Source: an uncultured Candidatus Saccharibacteria bacterium (lineage in GTDB: Bacteria; Patescibacteriota; Dojkabacteria; GCA-002793355). Taken from it: a stretch of DNA of 64,000 bases. The notes under the pieces are model-generated. The model was not told the DNA's origin and made no database searches. It worked only from the letters and a program-made list of their open reading frames with translations. Location of the stretch: positions 1,230 to 65,229 of the forward strand of contig CAZGEO010000002.1 in the NCBI GenBank assembly GCA_964525295.1. Reading direction: 5' to 3'. The position numbers and the translations under genes are program-made. Below, piece after piece: positions 1-7,854 of the stretch (position 1 is the first letter of the stretch; each line of letters opens with the position of its first letter).

Positions 1-1
1 A

Positions 2-103
2 CGTGTTTTAATACGAGCTGGGTTTACCCATCTTGGTATAGAAGATCATAAAGATGAAGACGGTGAAGTTCACGAGAAATTCGAAATTATATTAGCGAAT
101 TAA
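2..103 (+). CDS. 3' end of an unidentified protein (partial, runs off the window start)
   Basis: Open frame from the window edge to a TAA at 101-103 (..RVLIRAGFTHLGIEDHKDEDGEVHEKFEIILAN*). No recognisable motif. Confidence 0.2.
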   Translation, partial: RVLIRAGFTHLGIEDHKDEDGEVHEKFEIILAN

Positions 104-110
104 AACTTTC

Positions 111-758
111 CTAAGCTTCTCCTTCCCACTCTTTATAAAACCTATCTAGAAAAGTAAGCATAAATTCGTGCCTTTCTTGCGCTAATTCTTTTCCAGTTTT
201 CGTGAACATTAAGTCTTTTAGTAGTAAAAGTTTCTCGTAAAAGTGATTAATACTCGTGTTTGAAAGTCGTTTGCCGAATTCGTTAGCATCTGCTTTTTCG
301 GAAGGTTCGTGAATTGGCAATCCTTTTTTACCACCAAAGGTAAAACATCTGATAATGCCTATTGCGCCAATAGCATCGAGCTTATCGGCATCCCAAACGG
401 CTTTTCCTTCGTTAGAGAGGAGTGTAACGTCTGTATTACTAATTCCTTTGAAAGAAATATTATCAATTATTACAAGTATTTGCTCTAGTTCATCTTCTGA
501 AATTGAATACTTTGATAGCATTTCTTTTGCAACACTTCTACCTTTGCTTGAATCCAGATCATTTTCTTTCCAGTCAGCTACGTCATGGAGTAGCGCAGCG
601 ATTTCAACAACAAAACTGTTAAGATTATCCCTTTCTGCTATAGTTTTAGCAGTTTGCCAAACTCGATAAATGTGCCACCAGTCGTGCCCAGAGCCTTCTG
701 AAACAAATTTACTCTTTACAATTTCTGATACTTGTTCGATGACTTGATTCTTTTCCAT
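111..758 (-). CDS. HD-domain metal-dependent phosphohydrolase
   Basis: 215 aa ORF. Contains the H..HD motif (IAALLHDVAD) and an upstream WWHIYRV His region typical of the HD superfamily. Confidence 0.7.
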   Translation of the reverse strand: MEKNQVIEQVSEIVKSKFVSEGSGHDWWHIYRVWQTAKTIAERDNLNSFVVEIAALLHDVADWKENDLDSSKGRSVAKEMLSKYSISEDELEQILVIIDNISFKGISNTDVTLLSNEGKAVWDADKLDAIGAIGIIRCFTFGGKKGLPIHEPSEKADANEFGKRLSNTSINHFYEKLLLLKDLMFTKTGKELAQERHEFMLTFLDRFYKEWEGEA

Positions 759-795
759 AAATAAGTGATTAAATGAATATGTAATTATACTCCTT

Positions 796-824
796 TTTAC
801 AACTCTCGAAAAATCAACTATAAT
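796..824 (+). promoter_or_regulatory. Sigma70-type promoter (TTTACA-17-TATAAT) placing the TSS at the ATG of the downstream gene (leaderless)
   Basis: TTTACA at 796-801, an exact 17-nt spacer, TATAAT at 819-824. The ATG lies at 830-832, 6 nt after the -10, and no SD is present. Confidence 0.5.
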
Positions 825-829
825 TCGAT

Positions 830-1570
830 ATGGCAGAAATTATTACAACAAACGACGAAAAAGCTTCGTCAGCAGGTCAAAATAAATCAATAGATTATGG
901 TAAATCATTATCATGGTATTTTAATGATCCCAATTTTGGCAAGACACTCCTTGTCGCGTCACTTTGGATATTATCGTGTCTTTTAATTTTGCCTTTGTTA
1001 TACGTCCTTCCTGTTTTTATGGGGTTTTACGTCGATTTGATTCGAAATATTCAAAACAATAAATGGGAAATTCCAGCATTCGGTACTTCCGAGCAATGGG
1101 TTACTGGTATGAAATACTTCGTTTGGTCATTTACCTTCGGTATCGTTATCCTTATTTTAATGGCTTTGGTGATGTTCCCGCTCGTTGCCCTCACTTCTGA
1201 GGTCGAAGCGATGGCAATAATCATGCCATTTGTCATGATTGCATTCATTGCGCTCTATTTCTTAATCGGAGTAATTAGTACTTTTACTCCAGGGATGATC
1301 TTTGCGCGCACCGGAAGTTTATCTCAAATGTGGAATGTAAACTTACATGTAGCAATTTTCAAAAAAGAATGGAAGAACATGTTAATAGGCTTTCTGGTTA
1401 TGATGATTGCAAGTTATGCACTGTCATTCATCGGAGCAATTGCTTGTTATATCGGAATCTTACCAGCAATAGTAGTAACGTACTTGATTATGGCTGGTGT
1501 TGTTGGCCAAATAAGTACAAGTGAAATCGATAATTTAAAGACCGAAGAAAATGTTGCAAAAGTTGCCTGA
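830..1570 (+). CDS. DUF4013-like polytopic membrane protein (paralog 1)
   Basis: 246 aa with multiple hydrophobic segments. The N-terminal WYFNDPNFGKTLLV..LSCLLILP motif matches the next gene. Confidence 0.55.
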   Translation: MAEIITTNDEKASSAGQNKSIDYGKSLSWYFNDPNFGKTLLVASLWILSCLLILPLLYVLPVFMGFYVDLIRNIQNNKWEIPAFGTSEQWVTGMKYFVWSFTFGIVILILMALVMFPLVALTSEVEAMAIIMPFVMIAFIALYFLIGVISTFTPGMIFARTGSLSQMWNVNLHVAIFKKEWKNMLIGFLVMMIASYALSFIGAIACYIGILPAIVVTYLIMAGVVGQISTSEIDNLKTEENVAKVA

Positions 1571-2192
1571 AACATTAACGTGGTTTTTTAAAGATCCAAA
1601 ATTTGCATCGATTCTGATTAAACTTTCACTTTTAGTACTTTCCTGTGTTTTAGTTCTACCAATGATTTACGTTATTCCGCTCTTAGTGGGTTATCAAATA
1701 CGTGTAGCTCGTCATCTTCAGGGAAATTTATTTGAACTACCAGAAATTGACACACAAATGTGGCTTGACGGTTTGGTATATCTTCTTGTAGTTGGCGGAA
1801 TTTCAGTGATAGTAAGTTTAGTATTCTTGGGAATTCCTACAATTATTACAGTATTCGCTGGCATTGAAACGCAAGGCGTTCTTTATTGGAGCCTATACAT
1901 TTTTACTACTATTTTGCAAAACATTGTTCCTTTTGTGTTGGGCTTATGGGGCTTTTTTGCAATGTCAATCTTTGCACGAACACGAACAATCGGTGACATA
2001 TTTTCTGTACTCGAATATAGAAATATGTGGGAACTTAACAAATGGAATATGTTTATCGCATTTGTCTTGAATCTAGTTATTCCAAACTTCGTTCTTGGCG
2101 TTGGATTGATGCTTCTTTGTATTGGGATAATTCCAGCTACAGTAGTCGTTGTAATGATGGCTGGTTCGCTAGTTTCAACAATCGAATACTAG
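1551..2192 (+). CDS. DUF4013-like polytopic membrane protein (paralog 2)
   Basis: 213 aa. The N-terminal WFFKDPKFASILIKLSLLVLSCVLVLP parallels paralog 1, and the start overlaps the upstream gene by 20 nt. Confidence 0.55.
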   Translation: MLQKLPETLTWFFKDPKFASILIKLSLLVLSCVLVLPMIYVIPLLVGYQIRVARHLQGNLFELPEIDTQMWLDGLVYLLVVGGISVIVSLVFLGIPTIITVFAGIETQGVLYWSLYIFTTILQNIVPFVLGLWGFFAMSIFARTRTIGDIFSVLEYRNMWELNKWNMFIAFVLNLVIPNFVLGVGLMLLCIGIIPATVVVVMMAGSLVSTIEY

Positions 2193-2211
2193 TTTCAGAA
2201 TAGAGCAGAAT

Positions 2212-2799
2212 TTAACCAACAATTGTTTTGTATACAAAGTTCCAGTTGACAATACCGAACCATTTGTCAACGTATTGCGCTCTGTCGTTCTTGTAGTCGA
2301 GATAATAAGCGTGTTCCCAAACATCGAGAGCTAAAACGGTTTTATAGCCCGGTAAGTGATTCAGATTATGTTTTTCGACAGTTGATAAAAGTAATTCGTT
2401 ATTTGGTGTGGAATACATAACTGCCCACCCTGAACCTTCAACGGTTTTTGCTACAGATGCAAATTGTTTTTGAAAGGCTTCAAAAGAACCGAAGGAATTA
2501 TCTAACAATTGAGTCATTTCGGCATCTGGCATGTTATTTTCAACCATTGGTTGCATGACTTGCCAAAATAATTCATGAAGAAGATGTCCGTTTGCATGAA
2601 AAGAAAGGTCACGAAGTACGGCTTTAACATCAATTTCGATTTCACCTGCGCGAGCTTTTTCGAGTTTCTCTAGCGCAGTGTTTGCCCCTGTGACATATGC
2701 AGCGTGATGCTTATCATGATGGAGTTGCATGATTTCACGTGAAATAACAGGTTCTAGTGCCTCATATGCATAGGGTAGTGGTGATTGTGTGTATCGCAT
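2212..2799 (-). CDS. sodA: Fe/Mn superoxide dismutase
   Basis: 195 aa. N-terminal LPYAYEALEP..HHDKHH and C-terminal DVWEHAYY motifs diagnostic of Fe/Mn SOD. Confidence 0.9.
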   Translation of the reverse strand: MRYTQSPLPYAYEALEPVISREIMQLHHDKHHAAYVTGANTALEKLEKARAGEIEIDVKAVLRDLSFHANGHLLHELFWQVMQPMVENNMPDAEMTQLLDNSFGSFEAFQKQFASVAKTVEGSGWAVMYSTPNNELLLSTVEKHNLNHLPGYKTVLALDVWEHAYYLDYKNDRAQYVDKWFGIVNWNFVYKTIVG

Positions 2800-2820
2800 A
2801 AATAAATAGTAATAATTTAA

Positions 2821-4650
2821 CTAGAAATTTCTAACTTTTTTGAGGTAATTCAATAAAACGGTTCTATCATTCCCCGTTGAAACAAAGGTTTTAAGGTCGT
2901 TTGTGTACAGCGTAGTAGTAATTCGTGTTCCCATAAATTGGCCTTTATAGAAGTAATGGGTTAATACTAACCCTTGTCGTGTGGTTAACCATTGATATTG
3001 ATCGAAAAAGAGATTTCCCAGACCATAATAGATCACTTTACCTTTGTAATACTCATATGTTTGCGGTTGGTGTGCTTGCGTGCCAACAACAATATCTGCG
3101 CCAGCATCAATTGCAAATCTAAAGTCTTTCTTTTGATCTGGAATACCTAACGGTGCGTAACAAGATTCTTTGACAGAATAATTGTCAGTATAGCTCCAAC
3201 ATTCTTGGTATTGGAAAGTTACAATGACAACATCAGCATTTTTTCTAGCTTCTGCAACATCTCGTGTAATTTTTTCAGTTGACCAAGAATTTGCTCCAGC
3301 TCGTGAGTTATTGGCAAGAGCTCCCGGACTACCTACGGTGCTATCGTAATAATTGTACCCAACGAAGGCGAGCTTTGTTCCTTTGACCTCTTTGTAAAGA
3401 ATTTTTGCTGCATCTGTTGCATTTAATCCACCACCAAAATAATCCCAGCCTAATTCCTTGTATTTATTTATTGAAGATGTGTTCCAGCTTGAACCATAGT
3501 CGTTATTGTGATTGCCGGTTAGTTCTACAATATCAAGACCTATCTTTTTTAACGCATCTAGCGTCGCGTTTGTCGCGCAGAAAGACATTGTGTTACCCTT
3601 TGGTATGCAGTTGTCTGCAAAGGAAATTTCATTCGAAGTATGGGTTAAGTCGGCATTTGCGAGAAAGTCACCAATATTTTCAGCAATGTATGCGCCATTT
3701 TTCGATGCTGCTGTTTTTAACCCTGCGTTACGAGTTATTGCTGTAACACCAGTCATATTTAAACTGAGAATTTGCTCAGAATCAAACGATTCTGGAATCA
3801 ATTCGCTTGCCCTGAATTGGATCAAATCTTTGGCAGTTTGTTCTTTACCGCGTGCGATTAAATGATATTTAATGCCTCCTTCAGGCTTTTTATCAAAAAA
3901 GTAGTTGTTGTCATAAATCAACGTTTTGAGTCCACCGTTAAGTTTGCTGACATCAACAAGGGCAATACTGTTTTCTTGACCTTTTAGCGTCGCATACAGA
4001 TCATCAACTTCAGTAATGTTTGGTTTCTTACCTAAATATGCTTCTAGAATTTGCTCATACGCTTGTTTGTTTCCCTTTTCAACAAAAATTTGGTCGTTTT
4101 CTAAATTACTTTTCGCCACATGATCACGAATCCAGTAAAGATGCCCAACAGGAATTAAGTAAGAAGTAGTCAAAATACTGTCACTTTCAGATGGTGTAAC
4201 TGAGTATGCTAATTGAGTAACGTTTTCTGAACCCTCAAAAGAGAATCTTTTTTTCCCTTCATAAGAAACGTCATTTAGCGCTTTTTGTAACTCAGTAGAA
4301 AAGTTCGAGGGAAGAGCAGGATCTAACGAAATGACGTAAGTTGGGTAATGTAGTGCAAGTGCTTTGACGCTTTTTCCGGTAACCATATCAAATGTAGATA
4401 CCGTGAGAGGAAATTTCAAGAAATACGAAATAATTACGAGTAGAACGAAGCCAAGTAATGCAGCAGGAAGAACTTTACGAATAGTTGATTTTTTCTTTTG
4501 ATTAGTATTCTTCGGTTGGATGATTACTGCTTTCGTAGCTCTTGCAGCATACGTTGTCAGAGGAGTTGCAGTTTCTGTAGCTTTTCTAACACCTTTTAGT
4601 GGATTTGTGGGGCCTTTGGTTCCCTTTGAAGCAGTATAGTTAATTTTCAT
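2821..4650 (-). CDS. CapA/PGA-cap family membrane-anchored metallophosphatase-like protein
   Basis: 609 aa with an N-terminal TM. Motifs GNHNNDYG and NLFFDQYQW fit the CapA (poly-gamma-glutamate capsule synthesis) metallophosphoesterase fold. Confidence 0.7.
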   Translation of the reverse strand: MKINYTASKGTKGPTNPLKGVRKATETATPLTTYAARATKAVIIQPKNTNQKKKSTIRKVLPAALLGFVLLVIISYFLKFPLTVSTFDMVTGKSVKALALHYPTYVISLDPALPSNFSTELQKALNDVSYEGKKRFSFEGSENVTQLAYSVTPSESDSILTTSYLIPVGHLYWIRDHVAKSNLENDQIFVEKGNKQAYEQILEAYLGKKPNITEVDDLYATLKGQENSIALVDVSKLNGGLKTLIYDNNYFFDKKPEGGIKYHLIARGKEQTAKDLIQFRASELIPESFDSEQILSLNMTGVTAITRNAGLKTAASKNGAYIAENIGDFLANADLTHTSNEISFADNCIPKGNTMSFCATNATLDALKKIGLDIVELTGNHNNDYGSSWNTSSINKYKELGWDYFGGGLNATDAAKILYKEVKGTKLAFVGYNYYDSTVGSPGALANNSRAGANSWSTEKITRDVAEARKNADVVIVTFQYQECWSYTDNYSVKESCYAPLGIPDQKKDFRFAIDAGADIVVGTQAHQPQTYEYYKGKVIYYGLGNLFFDQYQWLTTRQGLVLTHYFYKGQFMGTRITTTLYTNDLKTFVSTGNDRTVLLNYLKKVRNF

Positions 4651-4714
4651 GGAATAGTATACCGCATTTGTGATAAAATTAGCTATATCAAAATCATTTT
4701 TGATTTTGTATCAT

Positions 4715-4788
4715 GCATCCATAGCTCAACTGGATAGAGCATCAGTCTTCGGAACTGAGGGTTGGGGGTTCGAATCCCTCTGGGTGCA
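4715..4788 (+). tRNA. tRNA-Arg (anticodon TCG)
   Basis: 74-nt cloverleaf. 7-bp acceptor stem (GCATCCA/TGGGTGC), 4-bp D stem with a GG loop, anticodon loop CTTCGGA (U33, TCG, G37), T arm GGGGG-TTCGAAT-CCCTC. CCA is not encoded. Confidence 0.85.
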
Positions 4789-4861
4789 AATTAGTATTTT
4801 CCACTTATTAGTATATTTCGTAGTTATGAGATTTGTATATTGTTGTGGAAAATGCTAATTT

Positions 4862-5028
4862 GCCTGAAAAATGAGGGATTCGAAACTCAAGTGAGACAAC
4901 AACAATTTGTTGTCGAGTGAAGAGCGTGGTCACGCCCAAGGTCCTCTAAAAGATAAAGTGCAATTTCAGTGGTGAAGTATGAACCCTGAAATTGTTGGGT
5001 GACCGAATCCCTAGTTTCTCACTCACTA
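4862..5028 (+). ncRNA. Candidate structured small RNA / tRNA-derived region downstream of tRNA-Arg
   Basis: Non-coding ~170 nt with several hairpins (acaacaa/ttgttgt). It carries an inverted copy (4873-4885) and a direct copy (5004-5012) of the tRNA T-arm core CGAATCCCT, and ends at a strong intrinsic terminator. Confidence 0.25.
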
Positions 5029-5054
5029 GTTGAAAGCTTCCTTTCAACTTTTTA
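5029..5054 (+). terminator. Rho-independent terminator
   Basis: Perfect 8-bp stem GTTGAAAG/CTTTCAAC with a 4-nt loop, followed by TTTTTA. Confidence 0.65.
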
Positions 5055-5158
5055 CGTAATTCTTACAAATTGATAATTTAGCATTGAAAATTATCAATTA
5101 AGTTATTGTCTTTTCTCCATTTTCTGGTATCATTCTAAATAACTTCTCTTTTTAGTAG

Positions 5159-6253
5159 ATGAAAAATCCCTGGTACAAATACAAAGTCGATTACAAGTGG
5201 CTTAAAACCACGACTGGTAATGGCGTTACGTACGATTTAGATTCAGTTGCCGGTCGAAGAGAGTATTATCAAGAGAAAGTTGGCCCGGAAATTGAATTTC
5301 TTCGTGATTATTTCAGAACGCAAACATTTCTCGGGTATTGGTTAGCTCCAAAACAAGCCGGAAAGGGCACGTACATGAACGGTCTGAAAGAGATCTTTGG
5401 CACTGAATATTTTCTGCACATGAGTGTAGGAGATTTAGTTCGAAATGCAGATAAAGAATTTCAAGAGCAAGGCAAATTGTCTGAAATTTATGCTTATGCG
5501 CGTGCAAACTACCGTGGTGGCATGCATTTGGATGAAGCATTTAAGGCATTAATGGGCAGAACAACGGCAGGATTAGTTCCTACAGAACTAGTTATGCTTC
5601 TCATTCGCCATGCCATAGATAAGGCAGGTAAAAAGACTCTTTTCATTGATGGATTCCCTCGCAATTTGGATCAGGTTTCATACTCTTTGTACTTTAGGGA
5701 ATTGATTAATTATCGTAATGATCCAGACCTTTTCATTCTTATCAATGCGCCAATAACAGTGCTCGATGAAAGAATGAAGCAACGAAGAACATGTTTGACC
5801 TGTGGTAACTCAAGGAATATCTCGTTGTTGCCAACGAAAGAAATCGGCTATGATGCAGAAAAAGATGAGTATTATCTGGTTTGTGACTTGCCAGGATGCA
5901 CTGGAGGAAGAATGGTCACAAAAGAAGGAGATCATCTAGGAATGGAAACAATTAAAGACAGAATTATGCTCGATATAGAAGTCATGGAGCGTGCACGTAA
6001 GTTGTATGGCATACCGATAATCGAGATGTATAATTCTCTTGAACAAGATAAAGCTTTCGAATATATGGATCCTTATGAATTTACTTCAGAATGCGTTTAT
6101 AGTCGAAATCCCGACGGTTCAATTGAAGTCAATAAAAAGTTGTGGGAAGTAAATGAAGGTGAAGAAAAGTATTATAGCTTGCTCCCCCCTGGTGTTGTTG
6201 TGCAATTGGTCAAGCAATTGGCAAGAGTTTTAGGATTTGGAGCAGAGAAGTAG
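5159..6253 (+). CDS. adk: Adenylate kinase family protein with N- and C-terminal extensions and a Cys4 LID
   Basis: 364 aa. P-loop-like APKQAGKGT, HMSVGDLVR (cf. HISTGDMFR), LVPTEL, FIDGFPRN (cf. LLDGFPRT), and LID Cys pairs RRTCLTCG..CDLPGC. Confidence 0.7.
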   Translation: MKNPWYKYKVDYKWLKTTTGNGVTYDLDSVAGRREYYQEKVGPEIEFLRDYFRTQTFLGYWLAPKQAGKGTYMNGLKEIFGTEYFLHMSVGDLVRNADKEFQEQGKLSEIYAYARANYRGGMHLDEAFKALMGRTTAGLVPTELVMLLIRHAIDKAGKKTLFIDGFPRNLDQVSYSLYFRELINYRNDPDLFILINAPITVLDERMKQRRTCLTCGNSRNISLLPTKEIGYDAEKDEYYLVCDLPGCTGGRMVTKEGDHLGMETIKDRIMLDIEVMERARKLYGIPIIEMYNSLEQDKAFEYMDPYEFTSECVYSRNPDGSIEVNKKLWEVNEGEEKYYSLLPPGVVVQLVKQLARVLGFGAEK

Positions 6254-6302
6254 AAGACGTCAATGTTTCTCTTGGTAGACAAATATTCTACCTAGAGTTA
6301 TA

Positions 6303-6740
6303 ATGCAGTTGATGCAGTTACTTGACTGGAAAATATACAGTATTGAACACGTTCAACCTCATTATGGTGCTACTGTTCACGCACAAGTAGCCCTAGACCA
6401 TTTGTTATCAGATGAACGTTTCGATAAGGTTGAAGAACGATTTTTGCGCGAATTTGGAATGTCAGCGTATTTATTCTTGTCAAATACATTAAAGTGTCTT
6501 ATTGATCCAGCTTCGTGCAATGAGGCAAAATACTTGGTTAGTGCAAACGCAGAGGGAGCAATTTCAATGAAAGTGAGTAACCAATCTGGCTTGGATTTGT
6601 ATATCTTTGACTCAATTCCTTCATTGACTGTAGATGAGGATGCTGGTGTTTTTATTATGGCCGAGAAGCTTGAAACGCAACAAGATTTATTGAATGCTTT
6701 TGTTCGTGCAGATGGTCGACGTAGATTTTTTTGTTTGTAA
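6303..6740 (+). CDS. hypothetical protein
   Basis: 145 aa ORF with no recognisable motif. Not HrcA-like despite its position upstream of grpE. Confidence 0.3.
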   Translation: MQLMQLLDWKIYSIEHVQPHYGATVHAQVALDHLLSDERFDKVEERFLREFGMSAYLFLSNTLKCLIDPASCNEAKYLVSANAEGAISMKVSNQSGLDLYIFDSIPSLTVDEDAGVFIMAEKLETQQDLLNAFVRADGRRRFFCL

Positions 6741-7185
6741 TCATATGTTAACTGAAACTCAACCAAGAACTGCCGATTCTTGTAATGTTGTCACTAAGCA
6801 AGCGGAACGAATGATTGAAGTGATGTCTAAATCTGAATTTTTATTGTCGGTTGCAGGAGCAATTGATTATTCAACTTCGGCGTTAGTTGACGGTAAACAA
6901 TATTTAGAATTTGCAGCTTTAATGATTAGGCAATCAGGACTTCTTGCTTTGGAACGGGAAAATGACGGGGCTACTGAGCGAGTCGATTGTTGCGATCCGT
7001 CAAGAAAGCATGTTTTTGCTGCAAAAAATGGCATTGGGGTAGAGTGGGTAATCTTGCGAAAATTTGAGAAACCTGGGCAACCTGAACAACCTGGTGAATT
7101 CATTGTAGAGATTCTTACTGAAAATACTGATTCTAGGGAGCAAAAACTTACATCACTCGTTGTTGATCTGTCTCGATGCAAGTAA
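6694..7185 (+). CDS. hypothetical protein (true start possibly internal, near 6814)
   Basis: 163 aa ORF in a different frame from the preceding ORF. No motif. Confidence 0.3.
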   Translation: MLLFVQMVDVDFFVCNHMLTETQPRTADSCNVVTKQAERMIEVMSKSEFLLSVAGAIDYSTSALVDGKQYLEFAALMIRQSGLLALERENDGATERVDCCDPSRKHVFAAKNGIGVEWVILRKFEKPGQPEQPGEFIVEILTENTDSREQKLTSLVVDLSRCK

Positions 7186-7215
7186 CGGTTTTCTTTCACT
7201 TAGGGCAACATTCTC

Positions 7216-7243
7216 TTGACAATTTTTCATTCGGTGCTAATAT
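7216..7243 (+). promoter_or_regulatory. Sigma70-type promoter of the grpE-dnaK operon
   Basis: TTGACA at 7216-7221, 16-nt spacer, TAATAT at 7238-7243. Confidence 0.5.
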
Positions 7244-7244
7244 A

Positions 7245-7271
7245 TTAGCAGTCTTATGTAACGACTGCTAG
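7245..7271 (+). promoter_or_regulatory. CIRCE-like inverted repeat (HrcA-type operator)
   Basis: TTAGCAGTC-N9-GACTGCTAG versus the CIRCE consensus TTAGCACTC-N9-GAGTGCTAA. It sits between the -10 and the grpE ATG (7274). Confidence 0.6.
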
Positions 7272-7273
7272 AA

Positions 7274-7783
7274 ATGTCAAAGAAACAAGAAACTCAATCA
7301 AATACAGTAAATGAAGGTTTAGAAAAGCAGGTAGAAGCGCTAACTCAGCAAGTTACCGACCTTGACGTCAAATTGCGTGGAGCTCTCGCAGATTATCAAA
7401 ATATGAGACGTGAGCAAACTCAACAGCAAGAACTTCGTGAGAGTATGATAAAAAAGCATGTTTTTGCTGATCTGATTGAGATATTCTCAGACCTTTTCTA
7501 TGCAGTTGATCAATTGGAGCCAGAAATGCGAAAAGATTCGCACATGGAAGGTATTGTTCAAATAATGATGAAATACAAAGACCTATTGAAGAATCACGGT
7601 GTTACCGAGATCACATTCAATGAAGGTGATGAATATGATGCGCAGGTAGCAGAGGTTCTAGGTATCGTTTCACATACAGAAATGGATAATAAGGTAGCTC
7701 AATTGATTCAACCCGGTTACAAGATTGGCGAAGTGTTGATTAAACCGGCAAGAGTGATGATGTATAGAAAAACACAAAATTAA
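7274..7783 (+). CDS. grpE: Nucleotide exchange factor GrpE
   Basis: 169 aa. Coiled-coil N-terminus with the LADYQNMRRE motif (cf. GrpE ..YQRxxAEFENYRKR) and a C-terminal beta domain. Directly upstream of dnaK. Confidence 0.85.
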   Translation: MSKKQETQSNTVNEGLEKQVEALTQQVTDLDVKLRGALADYQNMRREQTQQQELRESMIKKHVFADLIEIFSDLFYAVDQLEPEMRKDSHMEGIVQIMMKYKDLLKNHGVTEITFNEGDEYDAQVAEVLGIVSHTEMDNKVAQLIQPGYKIGEVLIKPARVMMYRKTQN

Positions 7784-7833
7784 TAGTTAATAGGTAATAC
7801 CCAAGCCATTAACTATTAATTATTAACTATTAA
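7780..7833. promoter_or_regulatory. Inverted/direct repeat of the 11-bp motif TTAATAGTTAA ... TTAACTATTAA TTA TTAACTATTAA upstream of dnaK
   Basis: Exact 11-mers at 7780-7790 (inverted) and at 7809-7819 and 7823-7833 (direct). The same motif pair recurs at 55657-55724 and at 29932-29942. Confidence 0.3.
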
Positions 7834-7854
7834 AATAATATATAAATAAAAAAT

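Noticed and set aside
3405-3865. Two ~115-aa ORFs antisense to the capA-like gene
   Set aside because: They lie inside and opposite a long gene with clear family motifs and have low-complexity Ser/Leu-rich translations typical of antisense frames.
4670-4858. 62-aa ORF spanning tRNA-Arg
   Set aside because: It completely overlaps a well-formed tRNA cloverleaf, with no start context or homology. Read as an artefact of the six-frame translation.
4945-5020. A second tRNA or tRNA pseudogene downstream of tRNA-Arg on the plus strand
   Set aside because: A T-loop-like CGAATCCCT is present, but no acceptor, D or anticodon stems can be drawn. Kept only as part of the candidate ncRNA/att-remnant region.
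6303-7185. The two hypotheticals upstream of grpE as a frameshifted hrcA
   Set aside because: Neither translation shows the HrcA N-terminal winged HTH or C-terminal conserved blocks. The combined length (~300 aa) fits, but there is no sequence support.
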